The notes below the pieces were generated by a model that had not been told where the DNA came from, did no database searches, and worked only from the letters and a program-made list of their open reading frames with translations. Below, in pieces: positions 8,634 to 17,816 of a stretch of 59,025 nucleotides of DNA. The translations under genes were made by a program, and so were the position numbers. Location of the stretch: positions 1 to 59,025 of the forward strand of contig DATKRM010000204.1 in the NCBI GenBank assembly GCA_035532195.1, given 5' to 3'. The stretch is from Solirubrobacteraceae bacterium. Its GTDB lineage: Bacteria; Actinomycetota; Thermoleophilia; Solirubrobacterales; Solirubrobacteraceae. Numbering within the stretch: the stretch's first letter is position 1; each line of letters begins with the position of its first letter.

Positions 8634-9928
8634 GCCGCGCCGGTGTGCGCTCGGTGTATGCGGTCGAAGTGCGCAAGCTGAGCTCGCAGCTGGCCATCAG
8701 GCTGCTGGCCCTGGTGTGCCTGCTCGCGCCGTTCCTGTTCGGCGCCATCCTCAAGGTCCAGAGCGGCAGCCCCACCGACACCCTGTACGGGGTCTGGGTC
8801 CATTCATCTGGATTCGCCCTCTCGCTGGTCATGCTGGCGTTCGCCGGCTCCTGGGGACTCCCACTGGTGGCCGCGATCGTGTCCGGCGATCTGTTCTCAG
8901 CCGAGGACCGCTACGGCACCTGGAAGCTCGTGCTCACGCGTTCGGCCACCCGGGGGGAGGTGTTCGCCGGAAAGCTGCTCGCGGCGGCCACCTTCACCCT
9001 GGCCCTGGCCGGGCTGGCCGCCGTCGCCAGCCTGGTGGCCGGTGCGGCGCTGGTCGGTCCTCACGCGCTGGTCAGCCTCAGCGGCAGCCAGTTCTCGGCC
9101 GGCAAGGTGCTGCTCCTGGTCGCGGTCAGCTGGCTGCTGTGCCTGCTCCCCACGCTGGCCTTCGCCAGCCTGGCCATCCTGCTCTCGATTGCCTCCCGCA
9201 ATGGCATCGTGGGGGTGGTTGGACCTGCGCTGGCCGCGCTGGCCATGCAACTCCTGCTCCTGGTGGGATCAGGGATCTGGGCCCACATGCTGCTGGTCAG
9301 CTCGGCCTTCACCACTTGGCGCGCGTTGTTCACCGACCATCCCTACTACGGACAGCTGGCGATCGGGGTCGCCGTGAGCCTGGCCTGGATCGGCGCCTGC
9401 ACTGCTGCCTCGTGGCTCATCCTGCGCAAGCGGGACTTTGCCGGCACCCCCGTGGTCCGCCGCCAGGGTTGGGCGGTGCCGCTACGGGCGGCCGTGGCCA
9501 TCTCGGCAGTGATCGCCCTGTTCGCGGTGGCGGGGAACTGGGGCCCCGCGGGCGCCACCCCGACCCGGCTCAAGGCGAGCTTCATCCCCGCGTTCTCCAA
9601 CCTGACCATCCTTCAGCAGCAGGAGCTGGGGCGCAACGTCCCGCCCGGAGCCAAGCTGAACTTCGCCTTGCCATCGTGCAGCCGCCGCGGCAGCACGCCC
9701 AACGGCCCCGGTGATTGGGTGTGCACGATCAACGTGCTGATCCCCACACCGGGATCGCTACCTCCGCAGCCCACCCCGGTCAGCTACGACATCAGTGTTC
9801 AGTGGGACGGCTGCTACAAGGCCCAGTCGCCCCCGGCGTTCATCGGCCAGCAACTGATGCGTGACGCCGGCGGCGCTCAGTTGGTCAACCCGCTGTACAC
9901 GATCTACGGTTGCTTCAACACGCTCTGA
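8630..9928 (+). CDS. ABC-2 permease with a C-terminal Cys-containing extracytoplasmic domain
   Basis: GDLFSAEDRYGTWKLVLTRS motif, 6-7 TMs, ATGA coupling to the ATPase. Confidence 0.88.
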   Translation: MSRAGVRSVYAVEVRKLSSQLAIRLLALVCLLAPFLFGAILKVQSGSPTDTLYGVWVHSSGFALSLVMLAFAGSWGLPLVAAIVSGDLFSAEDRYGTWKLVLTRSATRGEVFAGKLLAAATFTLALAGLAAVASLVAGAALVGPHALVSLSGSQFSAGKVLLLVAVSWLLCLLPTLAFASLAILLSIASRNGIVGVVGPALAALAMQLLLLVGSGIWAHMLLVSSAFTTWRALFTDHPYYGQLAIGVAVSLAWIGACTAASWLILRKRDFAGTPVVRRQGWAVPLRAAVAISAVIALFAVAGNWGPAGATPTRLKASFIPAFSNLTILQQQELGRNVPPGAKLNFALPSCSRRGSTPNGPGDWVCTINVLIPTPGSLPPQPTPVSYDISVQWDGCYKAQSPPAFIGQQLMRDAGGAQLVNPLYTIYGCFNTL

Positions 9929-11373
9929 GCCGAGGCGGCGCCCCGGCCGAGCGCCAGTGCCACCACCGCGGCCAGACCGGCGCTGATCGCCGCGTAGATC
10001 CAGGCGTGCACGAACGCTCCGTGAGGCGCGGGACGGTTGGACGCGCCGATGATCGACACCACGATGGCGATGCCCAGAACCCCGCCCAGCTGGCGCGCCG
10101 CCGCGTTGACGGCTGAGCCGGTCCCGTAGCGGGCCGGCGGCAGCGACATGACCGCGGCACTGGTGAAGCTGGGAAACGCCAGGGCGATCCCCAATCCGGT
10201 CAGCCCGGCCCCGGGCAGCCACACGCCAACATAGTCAGGCGATGTCCCGGCCCGCAGCGCGTACCACGCGCAGGCCAGGGCGTACACCGCCGCCCCGGCG
10301 GCAGCCACCGGAACCACCCCATATCGGTCGGCCAGGCGCCCGGCCGGCGTGGCCAGAATTGCTGTGATCAGCGGCCCCGGCGTCATGGCCAGCCCCGCGC
10401 CGAGCACGGAGTAGTGCCAAATCGAGGTCAGAAACAGGACGTCGATCAGGATCTTGGCGAAGAACGCTGCCGCGAACACGATGATCGCGCAGTTGGCCAT
10501 CCGGACCAACGGCAGGCTGAACAGCGACAGCTCGACCACCGGCGACGGATGGCGGCGCGACCGGGCCACGAACCCCAGCATCAAGAGCACGCCCAGACCC
10601 AGGCTGCCGGCCACCCGGATATCGCCCCAGCCCCACACGTCCTGTCGCGTCAGGGCCAGCGCCAACAGCGCCATCCCGGCCGCGAACAACACGATGCCCA
10701 CGGGGTCAGGGAGCCGGCCGGCCTCGGGGTCGCGCTGCTCGCGGACGTGGCGCCAGGTCAGAAACAGGATGAGCAGGCACACCGGGAGGTTGACCACGAA
10801 CACCGCCCGCCAGTCGAACGCGTTCACCAGCAGGCCGCCGAGCACCGGCCCCAGGGCCGCGGCCAGAGCCGCCACGGCGCCGAGCACCGCGATGGCCCGG
10901 ATCCGATCGCCCACCGGGTACTCGTCGAGCAGCAGCCCCAGAGAGGTAGGAACCAGGAGCGCCGCCCCAACCGCCTGGAGCACGCGCATGGCCACGAGCA
11001 CGCCCGCCGTCGGCGCCACCGCACACAGCAGCGACGCCACGGCAAAGGACACGACGCCGAACGCGAACACCCGCCGACGGCCCAGCAGGTCGGCGATGCG
11101 ACCGGCCGGCACCAGCAGCGCCGCGAACACGATGTTGTAGCCGTTCAGGACCCAGGACAGCCAGGACCGCGAGACGTCAGGGAACGAGGCCTGGAGATTG
11201 GGGAACGCGATGTTCACGATCGTGGCGTCCAGAAAGGCCACGAACGCGGCCAGCGACGTGGCCAGGAGTACCCAGCGACGCTGCGCCGCTGCCGTCGCCG
11301 CAGCCTCTACCGCCTCCGCCGCCCAGGTCAGAGGCGGAGGGACGGAGTCCCTCCTGGGTTCCGCTGTCCTCAA
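9904..11373 (-). CDS. DHA2-family MFS efflux transporter (14 TMS)
   Basis: FLDATIVNIAFP, GRIADLLGRRR motif A, GPVLGG, WRAVFVVNLP. Start codon uncertain. Confidence 0.92.
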   Translation of the reverse strand: MRTAEPRRDSVPPPLTWAAEAVEAAATAAAQRRWVLLATSLAAFVAFLDATIVNIAFPNLQASFPDVSRSWLSWVLNGYNIVFAALLVPAGRIADLLGRRRVFAFGVVSFAVASLLCAVAPTAGVLVAMRVLQAVGAALLVPTSLGLLLDEYPVGDRIRAIAVLGAVAALAAALGPVLGGLLVNAFDWRAVFVVNLPVCLLILFLTWRHVREQRDPEAGRLPDPVGIVLFAAGMALLALALTRQDVWGWGDIRVAGSLGLGVLLMLGFVARSRRHPSPVVELSLFSLPLVRMANCAIIVFAAAFFAKILIDVLFLTSIWHYSVLGAGLAMTPGPLITAILATPAGRLADRYGVVPVAAAGAAVYALACAWYALRAGTSPDYVGVWLPGAGLTGLGIALAFPSFTSAAVMSLPPARYGTGSAVNAAARQLGGVLGIAIVVSIIGASNRPAPHGAFVHAWIYAAISAGLAAVVALALGRGAASAQSVLKQP

Positions 11374-11397
11374 CCGCAGCGGACCCTAACAGTGATT

Positions 11398-13008
11398 TCA
11401 GACGGCGGCGTGCTTGGGCAGGCTGATCTGCGCCTCCAGGTCCTCCGGGCCGAAGACTCCGGAGGGAACCAACGAGGCGCCCTGCAGATGCGAGGTCCTG
11501 AGAATCGGGTAGTGCAGCTCGCCGTACGGGCCGCCGGTCAGTCCGGTGCCGCCGTGCGTGGCCAGCACCGGCGCGAAGCCAATGTGCGAGTCGTTGACCT
11601 TGAGCAGCCCGGCGTTGTGCACCTCGTCGGCGAACCGCGCGATCACGTCCTCGTCGTCCGCCCACAGCGAGTTGCGCAGGCCGTAGGGGTTGGCGTTGAG
11701 GAAGTTGATCACCCGGTCCAGAAGCCCGACGCCGTTGTGGTCGGGCACCACCACCGGGAGCATGGGGAAGAACGTCTCCTCCCGGACGCAGCTCAGCCGC
11801 CGGGCGTCCTCCAGGCCGTCTACCCGGATCACCGTCGGCTCCAGGAAGAATCCCATGGCCGAGGGTTGGCCCGAGACGTCGACGCGGTTGCCGCCGCACA
11901 GAACCGCCGCGCCCCCTTCCCGGGCCTCGGCCAGAAAGTCGAAGTACTTATCGGCCTTGAGCACGGGTGAGAGCACGACATCGGGATCCTCGGGAAGGCC
12001 AGGGCGGATGCTCCGCGCCCGGTCGACCAGCCGCGCTAGCAGCTCGTCGGCGATCTCCGGATGGACCACGGCGTACTTGGGCACCATGCAGATCTGGCTA
12101 GAGCCGTAGAAGCACTCGCACATGGCCGCAGCGGCGGCGTCCAGATCGGCGTCGTCCCACACCACGATCCCGTCGTTACCCGACAGCTCGAGCACAGCCT
12201 TCTTGCCCGCGCTCACGCAGTCGGCGCCGAACTTCATGCCGACCACGCTGTCGCCGAAGAACATCACGTCGTTGACCAGCGGGCTGGCGATCCACTGCTT
12301 GAGGATCCGCCGCGTGTCGCCGCTGATGATGTTGAGCGTGCCCGGAGGCGCCCCATGGCGCTCCAGAATTGGAGCCACGATCTCGTGGTACAGGAACATC
12401 ACGCTGAGCGGCGTGGACCGGGGTGCCTTGACCACCAGGGTGTTGCCCGCAGCCAACGCGTACATACCGAGCGCGGAGTTCGAACCCGCCGCGTTTTGGG
12501 GCGGGTTCAGGCAGACCACGCCGTCCGGCTTGCGTGACAAGACAACTCGGCGCTGCCCGCACTGGACTTCCGTGCGCATCTGATCGAAGCACCACTCGAG
12601 CGTCTCAGCGCTGGTGCAGTCGATGATGCCCCTGACCTCCCACTCGGCCAGGCGCCGGGGATGACCCTCGTAGACCAGGATCTCCACCATCTCATGGCCC
12701 CGCTCACGCATCACGCTGGCGAACTCGTTCATGATCGACCGGCGGGTGGTCAGCGAGGTGGCGCCGTACTCGGCGCGGGCCCGGCCCGCGGCCTCCAGCG
12801 CCTCGGCGTTCTCGCGGTCGCCGCCCCAGGCGCAGCGTCCTACCACCTCCGGCGGTGCGCCTTCGTACGGTCGTTGCCCCAGCTCGAGCTCACGCTTGAG
12901 GGTGAACGCAGCGGCCGGATCGGCGATCAGCGCCGACGCCTTGACCGTGTAGTTCCAGCCCTCTCCGTCGCGCTGCTCGCCCCCAATCAGTAGCCCGTAC
13001 GACCTCAT
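11398..13008 (-). CDS. Divergent aldehyde dehydrogenase family protein
   Basis: ALAAGNTLVVKAP, FFGDS, ELSGND, SSQIC (catalytic Cys), EETFFP, NPYGL. Confidence 0.88.
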   Translation of the reverse strand: MRSYGLLIGGEQRDGEGWNYTVKASALIADPAAAFTLKRELELGQRPYEGAPPEVVGRCAWGGDRENAEALEAAGRARAEYGATSLTTRRSIMNEFASVMRERGHEMVEILVYEGHPRRLAEWEVRGIIDCTSAETLEWCFDQMRTEVQCGQRRVVLSRKPDGVVCLNPPQNAAGSNSALGMYALAAGNTLVVKAPRSTPLSVMFLYHEIVAPILERHGAPPGTLNIISGDTRRILKQWIASPLVNDVMFFGDSVVGMKFGADCVSAGKKAVLELSGNDGIVVWDDADLDAAAAAMCECFYGSSQICMVPKYAVVHPEIADELLARLVDRARSIRPGLPEDPDVVLSPVLKADKYFDFLAEAREGGAAVLCGGNRVDVSGQPSAMGFFLEPTVIRVDGLEDARRLSCVREETFFPMLPVVVPDHNGVGLLDRVINFLNANPYGLRNSLWADDEDVIARFADEVHNAGLLKVNDSHIGFAPVLATHGGTGLTGGPYGELHYPILRTSHLQGASLVPSGVFGPEDLEAQISLPKHAAV

Positions 13009-14342
13009 ACCTTCATCTCCTCCGGTAGTGACTCGACGTCCTGCATCTCGCCGGCGGTGAAGCGTCCGTACGCCGGTAGGTCCAGCAGGCCGTGGCCGCT
13101 GTAGCAGAACACGATGGTGGCTTTACGCCCGGTTTCTCGGCACTCGTTGGACACGTCGATGACAGCCCGGATCGCGTGCGCCGTCTCCGGAGCGGGCACG
13201 AACCCGGTGAGCCGGGCGAACAGCGACCCGGCCGCGAACACCTCGGTCTGCCCGTACGCCCGCGCGTCCATCAGGCCCTCGTGCCGGAGCAGGCCCACCA
13301 GCGGCGCGGCGCCGTGGTAGCGCAGCCCGCCGGAATGGATCGGCGGGGGGACGAACTCGTGGCCCAGCGTGTAGGTGAGCACCGAGGGCCCGCTGCCCGT
13401 GGCGTCCGGGAAGTCGTAGCGGTACTCGCCCTTGGTCAGGGTGGCGCAGGCCTCCGGCTCCGCGGCCAGGATGGTTATGTCCCGGCCGTTCAGCTTGTCG
13501 GCCAACCAGGGGAAGGCGAAGCCACCCATGTTGGAGCCACAGCCCACCGACGCGATCAGGTAATCCGGCTCACGGTCCACCAGCTCGAGCTGCTCGCGAA
13601 CCTCCAGGCCGACGACAGTCTGGTGCAGCAGCACGTGGTTGGCGAACGCACCCATCGAGAACCGCGCGTTCTCGTCACTCCGCACCACCTCGAGCGCCTC
13701 CGACACCGCCGTGGCCTCGCTGCCGGGGTGGTCGGGGTCCTCGGCGAGGAGCATGCGCCCGGCGTCGGTGGTCTCGCCCGGGCTGGGCAGCACGTGGGCA
13801 CCGAACATCTCCATCATGTGCCGCCGGTAGGGCTTGCTGTGATACGAGGCCCGGATCATGTACACCAGAACCTCGATCCCCATCAGCGCGCCGGCCATGG
13901 ACAGCGCCACGCCCCACTGTCCGGCGCCGGTGTCCGTGACCAGTCGCTGAATCCCGGCCTGCTTGGCGAAGTAGGCCTGGGCCAGGGCTGAATTCAGCTT
14001 GTGCGAACCGGAGGGACTGGCACCCTCGAACTTGAAGTAGATCTCCGCCGGGGTGTCGAGCTCTCGCTCCAGCGCCCGGGCCCGGTACAGCGGCGTGGGC
14101 CGCCACATCCGGTAGGCCTGCAGGACCTCATCGGGAATCGAGATCCAGCGCTCGAGCGAGCGATCCTGCGCCACCAGCGAGGCGGGCAGCAGCCGAGACA
14201 GATAAGCCTCGTCGACCGGCTCTCCAGTGACCGGATTCAGGAACTCAGCCGGTGCGCACGGCAAGTCCGGAATCACGTTGTACCAGCGCGCCGGAACCTC
14301 GTCGACGGGGAGGTCCACCCGCTCCAACCGACTGTCATCCAT
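13005..14342 (-). CDS. trpB2: TrpB2-like PLP-dependent beta-substitution enzyme (atypical active site)
   Basis: WYNVIPDLP, WRPTPLYRA, GSHKLN (PLP Lys), TDTGAGQWG, GGLRYHG, PAPETAHA, SGHGLLDL. Confidence 0.88.
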   Translation of the reverse strand: MDDSRLERVDLPVDEVPARWYNVIPDLPCAPAEFLNPVTGEPVDEAYLSRLLPASLVAQDRSLERWISIPDEVLQAYRMWRPTPLYRARALERELDTPAEIYFKFEGASPSGSHKLNSALAQAYFAKQAGIQRLVTDTGAGQWGVALSMAGALMGIEVLVYMIRASYHSKPYRRHMMEMFGAHVLPSPGETTDAGRMLLAEDPDHPGSEATAVSEALEVVRSDENARFSMGAFANHVLLHQTVVGLEVREQLELVDREPDYLIASVGCGSNMGGFAFPWLADKLNGRDITILAAEPEACATLTKGEYRYDFPDATGSGPSVLTYTLGHEFVPPPIHSGGLRYHGAAPLVGLLRHEGLMDARAYGQTEVFAAGSLFARLTGFVPAPETAHAIRAVIDVSNECRETGRKATIVFCYSGHGLLDLPAYGRFTAGEMQDVESLPEEMKV

Positions 14343-14383
14343 GTAAACCCCGATCTGACGGTCGGCGCGCTCCCGCGCCGTTG

Positions 14384-14407
14384 GTTTCGCCCTTCGTTTC
14401 GCCCTTC
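14384..14407. repeat. Exact 12-bp tandem direct repeat upstream of trpB2
   Basis: GTTTCGCCCTTC x2 (14384-14395, 14396-14407). Confidence 0.85.
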
Positions 14408-14477
14408 ACCGCCACTTGCCTGGCTCTCAGCCCTGGCGCATGAATTGTTGCACGCGCCTCAGTGGCGGACAAGTGGT

Positions 14478-14498
14478 CGATCACATGTCCAGTGATCG
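14478..14498. promoter_or_regulatory. Inverted repeat in the divergent trpB2/EAL intergenic region (candidate operator)
   Basis: CGATCAC-atgtcca-GTGATCG. Confidence 0.4.
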
Positions 14499-14507
14499 GC
14501 AAACCGC

Positions 14508-14536
14508 TCAAGCCCCTTTAATACTGAAGCCGAAGG
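14508..14536 (+). promoter_or_regulatory. Possible sigma28/WhiG-like promoter of the GGDEF-EAL gene
   Basis: TCAAG-N16-GCCGAAGG, 8 nt before ATG 14545. Confidence 0.4.
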
Positions 14537-14544
14537 CATACGCA

Positions 14545-16461
14545 ATGCCCGTCTACTCGTGGCTCTGCCGGACCGAGCTGGACCGGGAGCGCATGGTCGC
14601 CACCGTGCGCTGGGTCGGACCGGCCCGCGCGACCATGTTCCTCATCCTGCTGGGGGTACTCGTCGGCTCGGCGCACCACACGGGTTGGCTACCGCTGATC
14701 CCGCTGTTCGTGTCGGCCGCCGTATCGATTCCGCTGTACCGGAACCTCGAGCATCGGAAGCGCCCCGAGTTCTGGGCGGCCGGCGGTTGGCTCAGCACCC
14801 AGATCTCGTTGGGAGCCGGGATCGCGCTCACCGGCGGCCCCAAGAGTCCGGCCATGCCCTGGCTGGCCATCGCGGTCATCTCGTTGATCGCGCGGTTCTC
14901 CCGCGCCGGAATCACCGCCGGCCTCGCGTTCCTGTTTGGGGAGCTTCTGATCGTGACGTTCGGCATCGATCCGGCCGGCGTGTGGCAGAACCCCAGCGAG
15001 TTCCTGTTCCCCCTCGGCCTGCTGTTCTCGGTCGGCGTGTTCTCGGCGGCCCAGATGCGCTCCGACCTCGATCATCGCGACTATGACAAGACCACGGGGC
15101 TCGCCAACCAGGCCAAGTTCTCCGACGACTTGCGCCAGGCCATCCAGCGGCGCCTGCGGCGGGGAGGCACCGTGACGGTCCTGGCGATTGACCTCGATGG
15201 GTTCCGGCTGGCCAACGAAGGCCTCGGGCCGCGGGGCGGCGACGCGCTGCTCCGCCAGGCCGGAAGCCGGATCGCCCGGGCAGCCCGCGGAGCCGACCTG
15301 GTGGCCCGCCGCTCGAGCGACGAGTTCTTCATCTTCCTGGCCGACCTGGCGGGCGAGCCGGGGGCGCCGGTGCAGCCACCGCGGCAACGGGCCCAGGCGG
15401 TGGCCCGGGCGGTCCAGGCAGAGATCGCCGAGCGGTTCGTGGTCGGCCGCGACGAGGTGTACCTCGATGCCTGCGTGGGGATCAGCATGCTGGAGACCGG
15501 CGATCAGGACCCGGCGCCGGCGGCCGAACAACTGCTGGCCGACGCGCAGAGCGCCCTGTCCGCCGGGCAGTCCGCGGGCCCGGGCACGCTGATGTTCTTC
15601 GACCACGACCACAGCGCGTCCCGCTCCCAGCTCAGCTTGATCTCCGGGCTGCGCCGGGCCATCGAGCGCCAGGAATTCGTCATGCACTATCAGCCGTGCC
15701 TCGACCTGCACAACCGCCAGCTGATCGGCGTCGAGGCGCTTCTGCGCTGGGAGGACCCCGACCGCGGGCTCGTGCCCCCGGGCGACTTCATCCCGCTGGC
15801 CGAGGAGACCGGGCTGATCGAGACGATCGGCCTGTGGGCGTTTACCGACGTGTGCCGGCAGACCGCGGAGTGGCAGAGCCGGGGACACGTGTTCGACGTG
15901 GCGTTCAACCTCTCGCCGCGCCAGCTCCGGCAGCCGGACCTGCTGGAGCGCATGCTCAAGGCCGTCGCCACCACCGGCGTCGACCCCAACCACCTGGTGG
16001 TGGAGATCACCGAGTCCACGGCGCTGGGCGACCCGGACCGGGCAATCGAGCTCATGTGCCTGCTCACCCGCAATGGCTTCCGCCTGGCCATCGACGACTT
16101 CGGCGTCGGCCTGTCTTCGCTCAGTCGCCTGCGGGACATGCCGGCCACGTTCCTGAAGATCGACCGGTCGTTTGTCTCCGATCTGGAAACCTCCCCCACC
16201 GGCCTGGTCATGATCCGAACCATGGTCCAGCTGGCCGAGAACCTGGGCATGCTGGCCCACGCCGAGGGCATCGAGACCGAGCTTCAGCTCCGGCTGCTGC
16301 GAGAGAGCGGGTGTGGACAGGGCCAGGGATTCCTGTTCAGCCGCGCGATTCCGGCCGCCGAGGTGCTGGACTACGACTTCATCTCCCGCCAGGCCCGGCT
16401 GATGCCCACGCCGGGGCAGGGAACGTCAACCACCGCGCTGTCCCGCGCGGCGGACGACTGA
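14545..16461 (+). CDS. Membrane-bound GGDEF(degenerate)-EAL c-di-GMP phosphodiesterase
   Basis: About 6 N-terminal TMs; GGDEF site reads SSDEF with RGAD five residues upstream; EALLRW, FNLS, VEITES, IDDFG, LKIDRSFV, AEGIET intact. ATG 14545 preferred. Confidence 0.92.
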   Translation: MPVYSWLCRTELDRERMVATVRWVGPARATMFLILLGVLVGSAHHTGWLPLIPLFVSAAVSIPLYRNLEHRKRPEFWAAGGWLSTQISLGAGIALTGGPKSPAMPWLAIAVISLIARFSRAGITAGLAFLFGELLIVTFGIDPAGVWQNPSEFLFPLGLLFSVGVFSAAQMRSDLDHRDYDKTTGLANQAKFSDDLRQAIQRRLRRGGTVTVLAIDLDGFRLANEGLGPRGGDALLRQAGSRIARAARGADLVARRSSDEFFIFLADLAGEPGAPVQPPRQRAQAVARAVQAEIAERFVVGRDEVYLDACVGISMLETGDQDPAPAAEQLLADAQSALSAGQSAGPGTLMFFDHDHSASRSQLSLISGLRRAIERQEFVMHYQPCLDLHNRQLIGVEALLRWEDPDRGLVPPGDFIPLAEETGLIETIGLWAFTDVCRQTAEWQSRGHVFDVAFNLSPRQLRQPDLLERMLKAVATTGVDPNHLVVEITESTALGDPDRAIELMCLLTRNGFRLAIDDFGVGLSSLSRLRDMPATFLKIDRSFVSDLETSPTGLVMIRTMVQLAENLGMLAHAEGIETELQLRLLRESGCGQGQGFLFSRAIPAAEVLDYDFISRQARLMPTPGQGTSTTALSRAADD

Positions 16462-16971
16462 TCACTCCAGGTACGTCACCACGTCCGCCGGCGGCAGCCG
16501 CTCGGGCGGCTCCTTCTCCTGCCGAGGCCATCCCAGGTGAATCAATGCGACGAAGCGCTCGTCAGGCGGGATGCCGAGGGCCTCGAGACCCTCCGGGTTT
16601 CTGAGCACCGCGGGTGTCCGCCAGTAGCCGGCCAGACCCCGTCCGTGAGCCGCCAGGAGCACTGCGTACGTGGCACAGGCCGTGGCGCATAGATCCTCCT
16701 GGTCCTGCACAGGGTCCTCCGAGCCCAGCGCGCTGGCCACGACCAGCGTGGGCGCGCGATCCAGCTTGGCCGCCGCCTCGGGACCGGCCGCCTCCTTCAG
16801 CCGGGCCAGCGCCGCCGGGCCCAGGACTCGGAACCGCCACGGGTTGGTCAGGTGATGATTCGGCGCCCAGCGCGCCAGCTCAAGCAACTCGTCCAGCAGT
16901 TGGCTCGGCACCGGCTCCGGGGCGAACGCCTTGTGAGTGCGCCGGCTCCGGATCGCGTCCTCGACGTCCAT
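16462..16971 (-). CDS. Nitroreductase family protein (YdjA-like)
   Basis: AIRSRRTHKAF, ARWAPNHHLTNPWRF, LLAAHGRGLAGYWRT. Confidence 0.9.
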   Translation of the reverse strand: MDVEDAIRSRRTHKAFAPEPVPSQLLDELLELARWAPNHHLTNPWRFRVLGPAALARLKEAAGPEAAAKLDRAPTLVVASALGSEDPVQDQEDLCATACATYAVLLAAHGRGLAGYWRTPAVLRNPEGLEALGIPPDERFVALIHLGWPRQEKEPPERLPPADVVTYLE

Positions 16972-17016
16972 GCCGGCGAACGGTAACGGCCGTGCTGATA
17001 GTGCGATGATCCACTC

Positions 17017-17421
17017 ATGTCGCCCATCCCCGCCGACGATCAGGGCCGCAGCCCGTTTCGGGCCGCGGTCGAGAGCAAGGACTTCGGCCAGGTCGAAGCG
17101 ACGCTGGCGCCCGATGTGCGGTTTCGCAGCCCAGTCGTATTCAGCCCTTACGAAGGCCGTGACACCGTGGCAGCGCTGCTCCGCGTCGTCGGGGATGTCC
17201 TAGCCCCGGAGCTGTCGTACCAGTGGCAGGTCCGTGAGGGCGACCGTGAAGTCCTCTGCTTCACGAGCCGCGTGGGTGACCGGGAGGTGGAGGGCGTCGA
17301 TCTGCTGCGGTATGACGAGCATGGTCAGGTGAGCGAGCTGGTCGTGATGATGCGCCCAGCTTCAGCCCTGGTGGCCGTTCGCGATGCTGTGGCCGCAGGC
17401 CTGCAGTCCCCATCGGCCTGA
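17017..17421 (+). CDS. SnoaL/NTF2-like protein
   Basis: FRAAVESKD, LAPDVRFRSPV, EGVDLL, VMMRP pattern. Confidence 0.85.
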   Translation: MSPIPADDQGRSPFRAAVESKDFGQVEATLAPDVRFRSPVVFSPYEGRDTVAALLRVVGDVLAPELSYQWQVREGDREVLCFTSRVGDREVEGVDLLRYDEHGQVSELVVMMRPASALVAVRDAVAAGLQSPSA

Positions 17422-17449
17422 CCGGGCCCTTGCCGCCGTAAGAGCCGCG

Positions 17450-17797
17450 ATGTACGATCCGGCCAGGACGAGGGCGTCGGATCCAAGGACCGGAGTGATT
17501 TCTCACCGTGGGCCTGTCAGCGGGTTCTGCAATCAGCTCAGCCAGGCGCTCGGCCAGCTCGTCTCCAACACCGGACCCGATGTCTCGAAACAGATCGCGG
17601 GAATGCAAGCAGCCCGGGACAAGCTGCGGGCGCTGAATCCACCCGCCGCCGCTGCGGGTGATTACGCGAAATTCGTCAGCGCTCTGACGACGTCGATCAA
17701 CGATCTCGAGTCGCGTAACGCGTCGGCTGCGCAGCAGGACCCAGGCACGGTGATTGCCGACGAGCACGCGGCCAGCCGAGCCGCGGGCTGTCGCTAG
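17450..17797 (+). other. Possible remnant of a helical secreted/lipoprotein gene
   Basis: The ORF has an amphipathic helical stretch (KLRALNPPAAAAGDYAKFVSAL) and a Cys pair but no signal peptide or good start. Confidence 0.3.
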
Positions 17798-17816
17798 CGG
17801 CGGTTTCGCCGCCCCC

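Noticed and set aside
10414-16260. Long antisense ORFs (10414-11970 +, 14689-16260 -; likewise 4435-5757, 30935-32323, 40612-41865)
   Set aside because: Shadow frames of well-supported genes in high-GC DNA; no family motifs and biased Arg/Gly/His/Gln composition.
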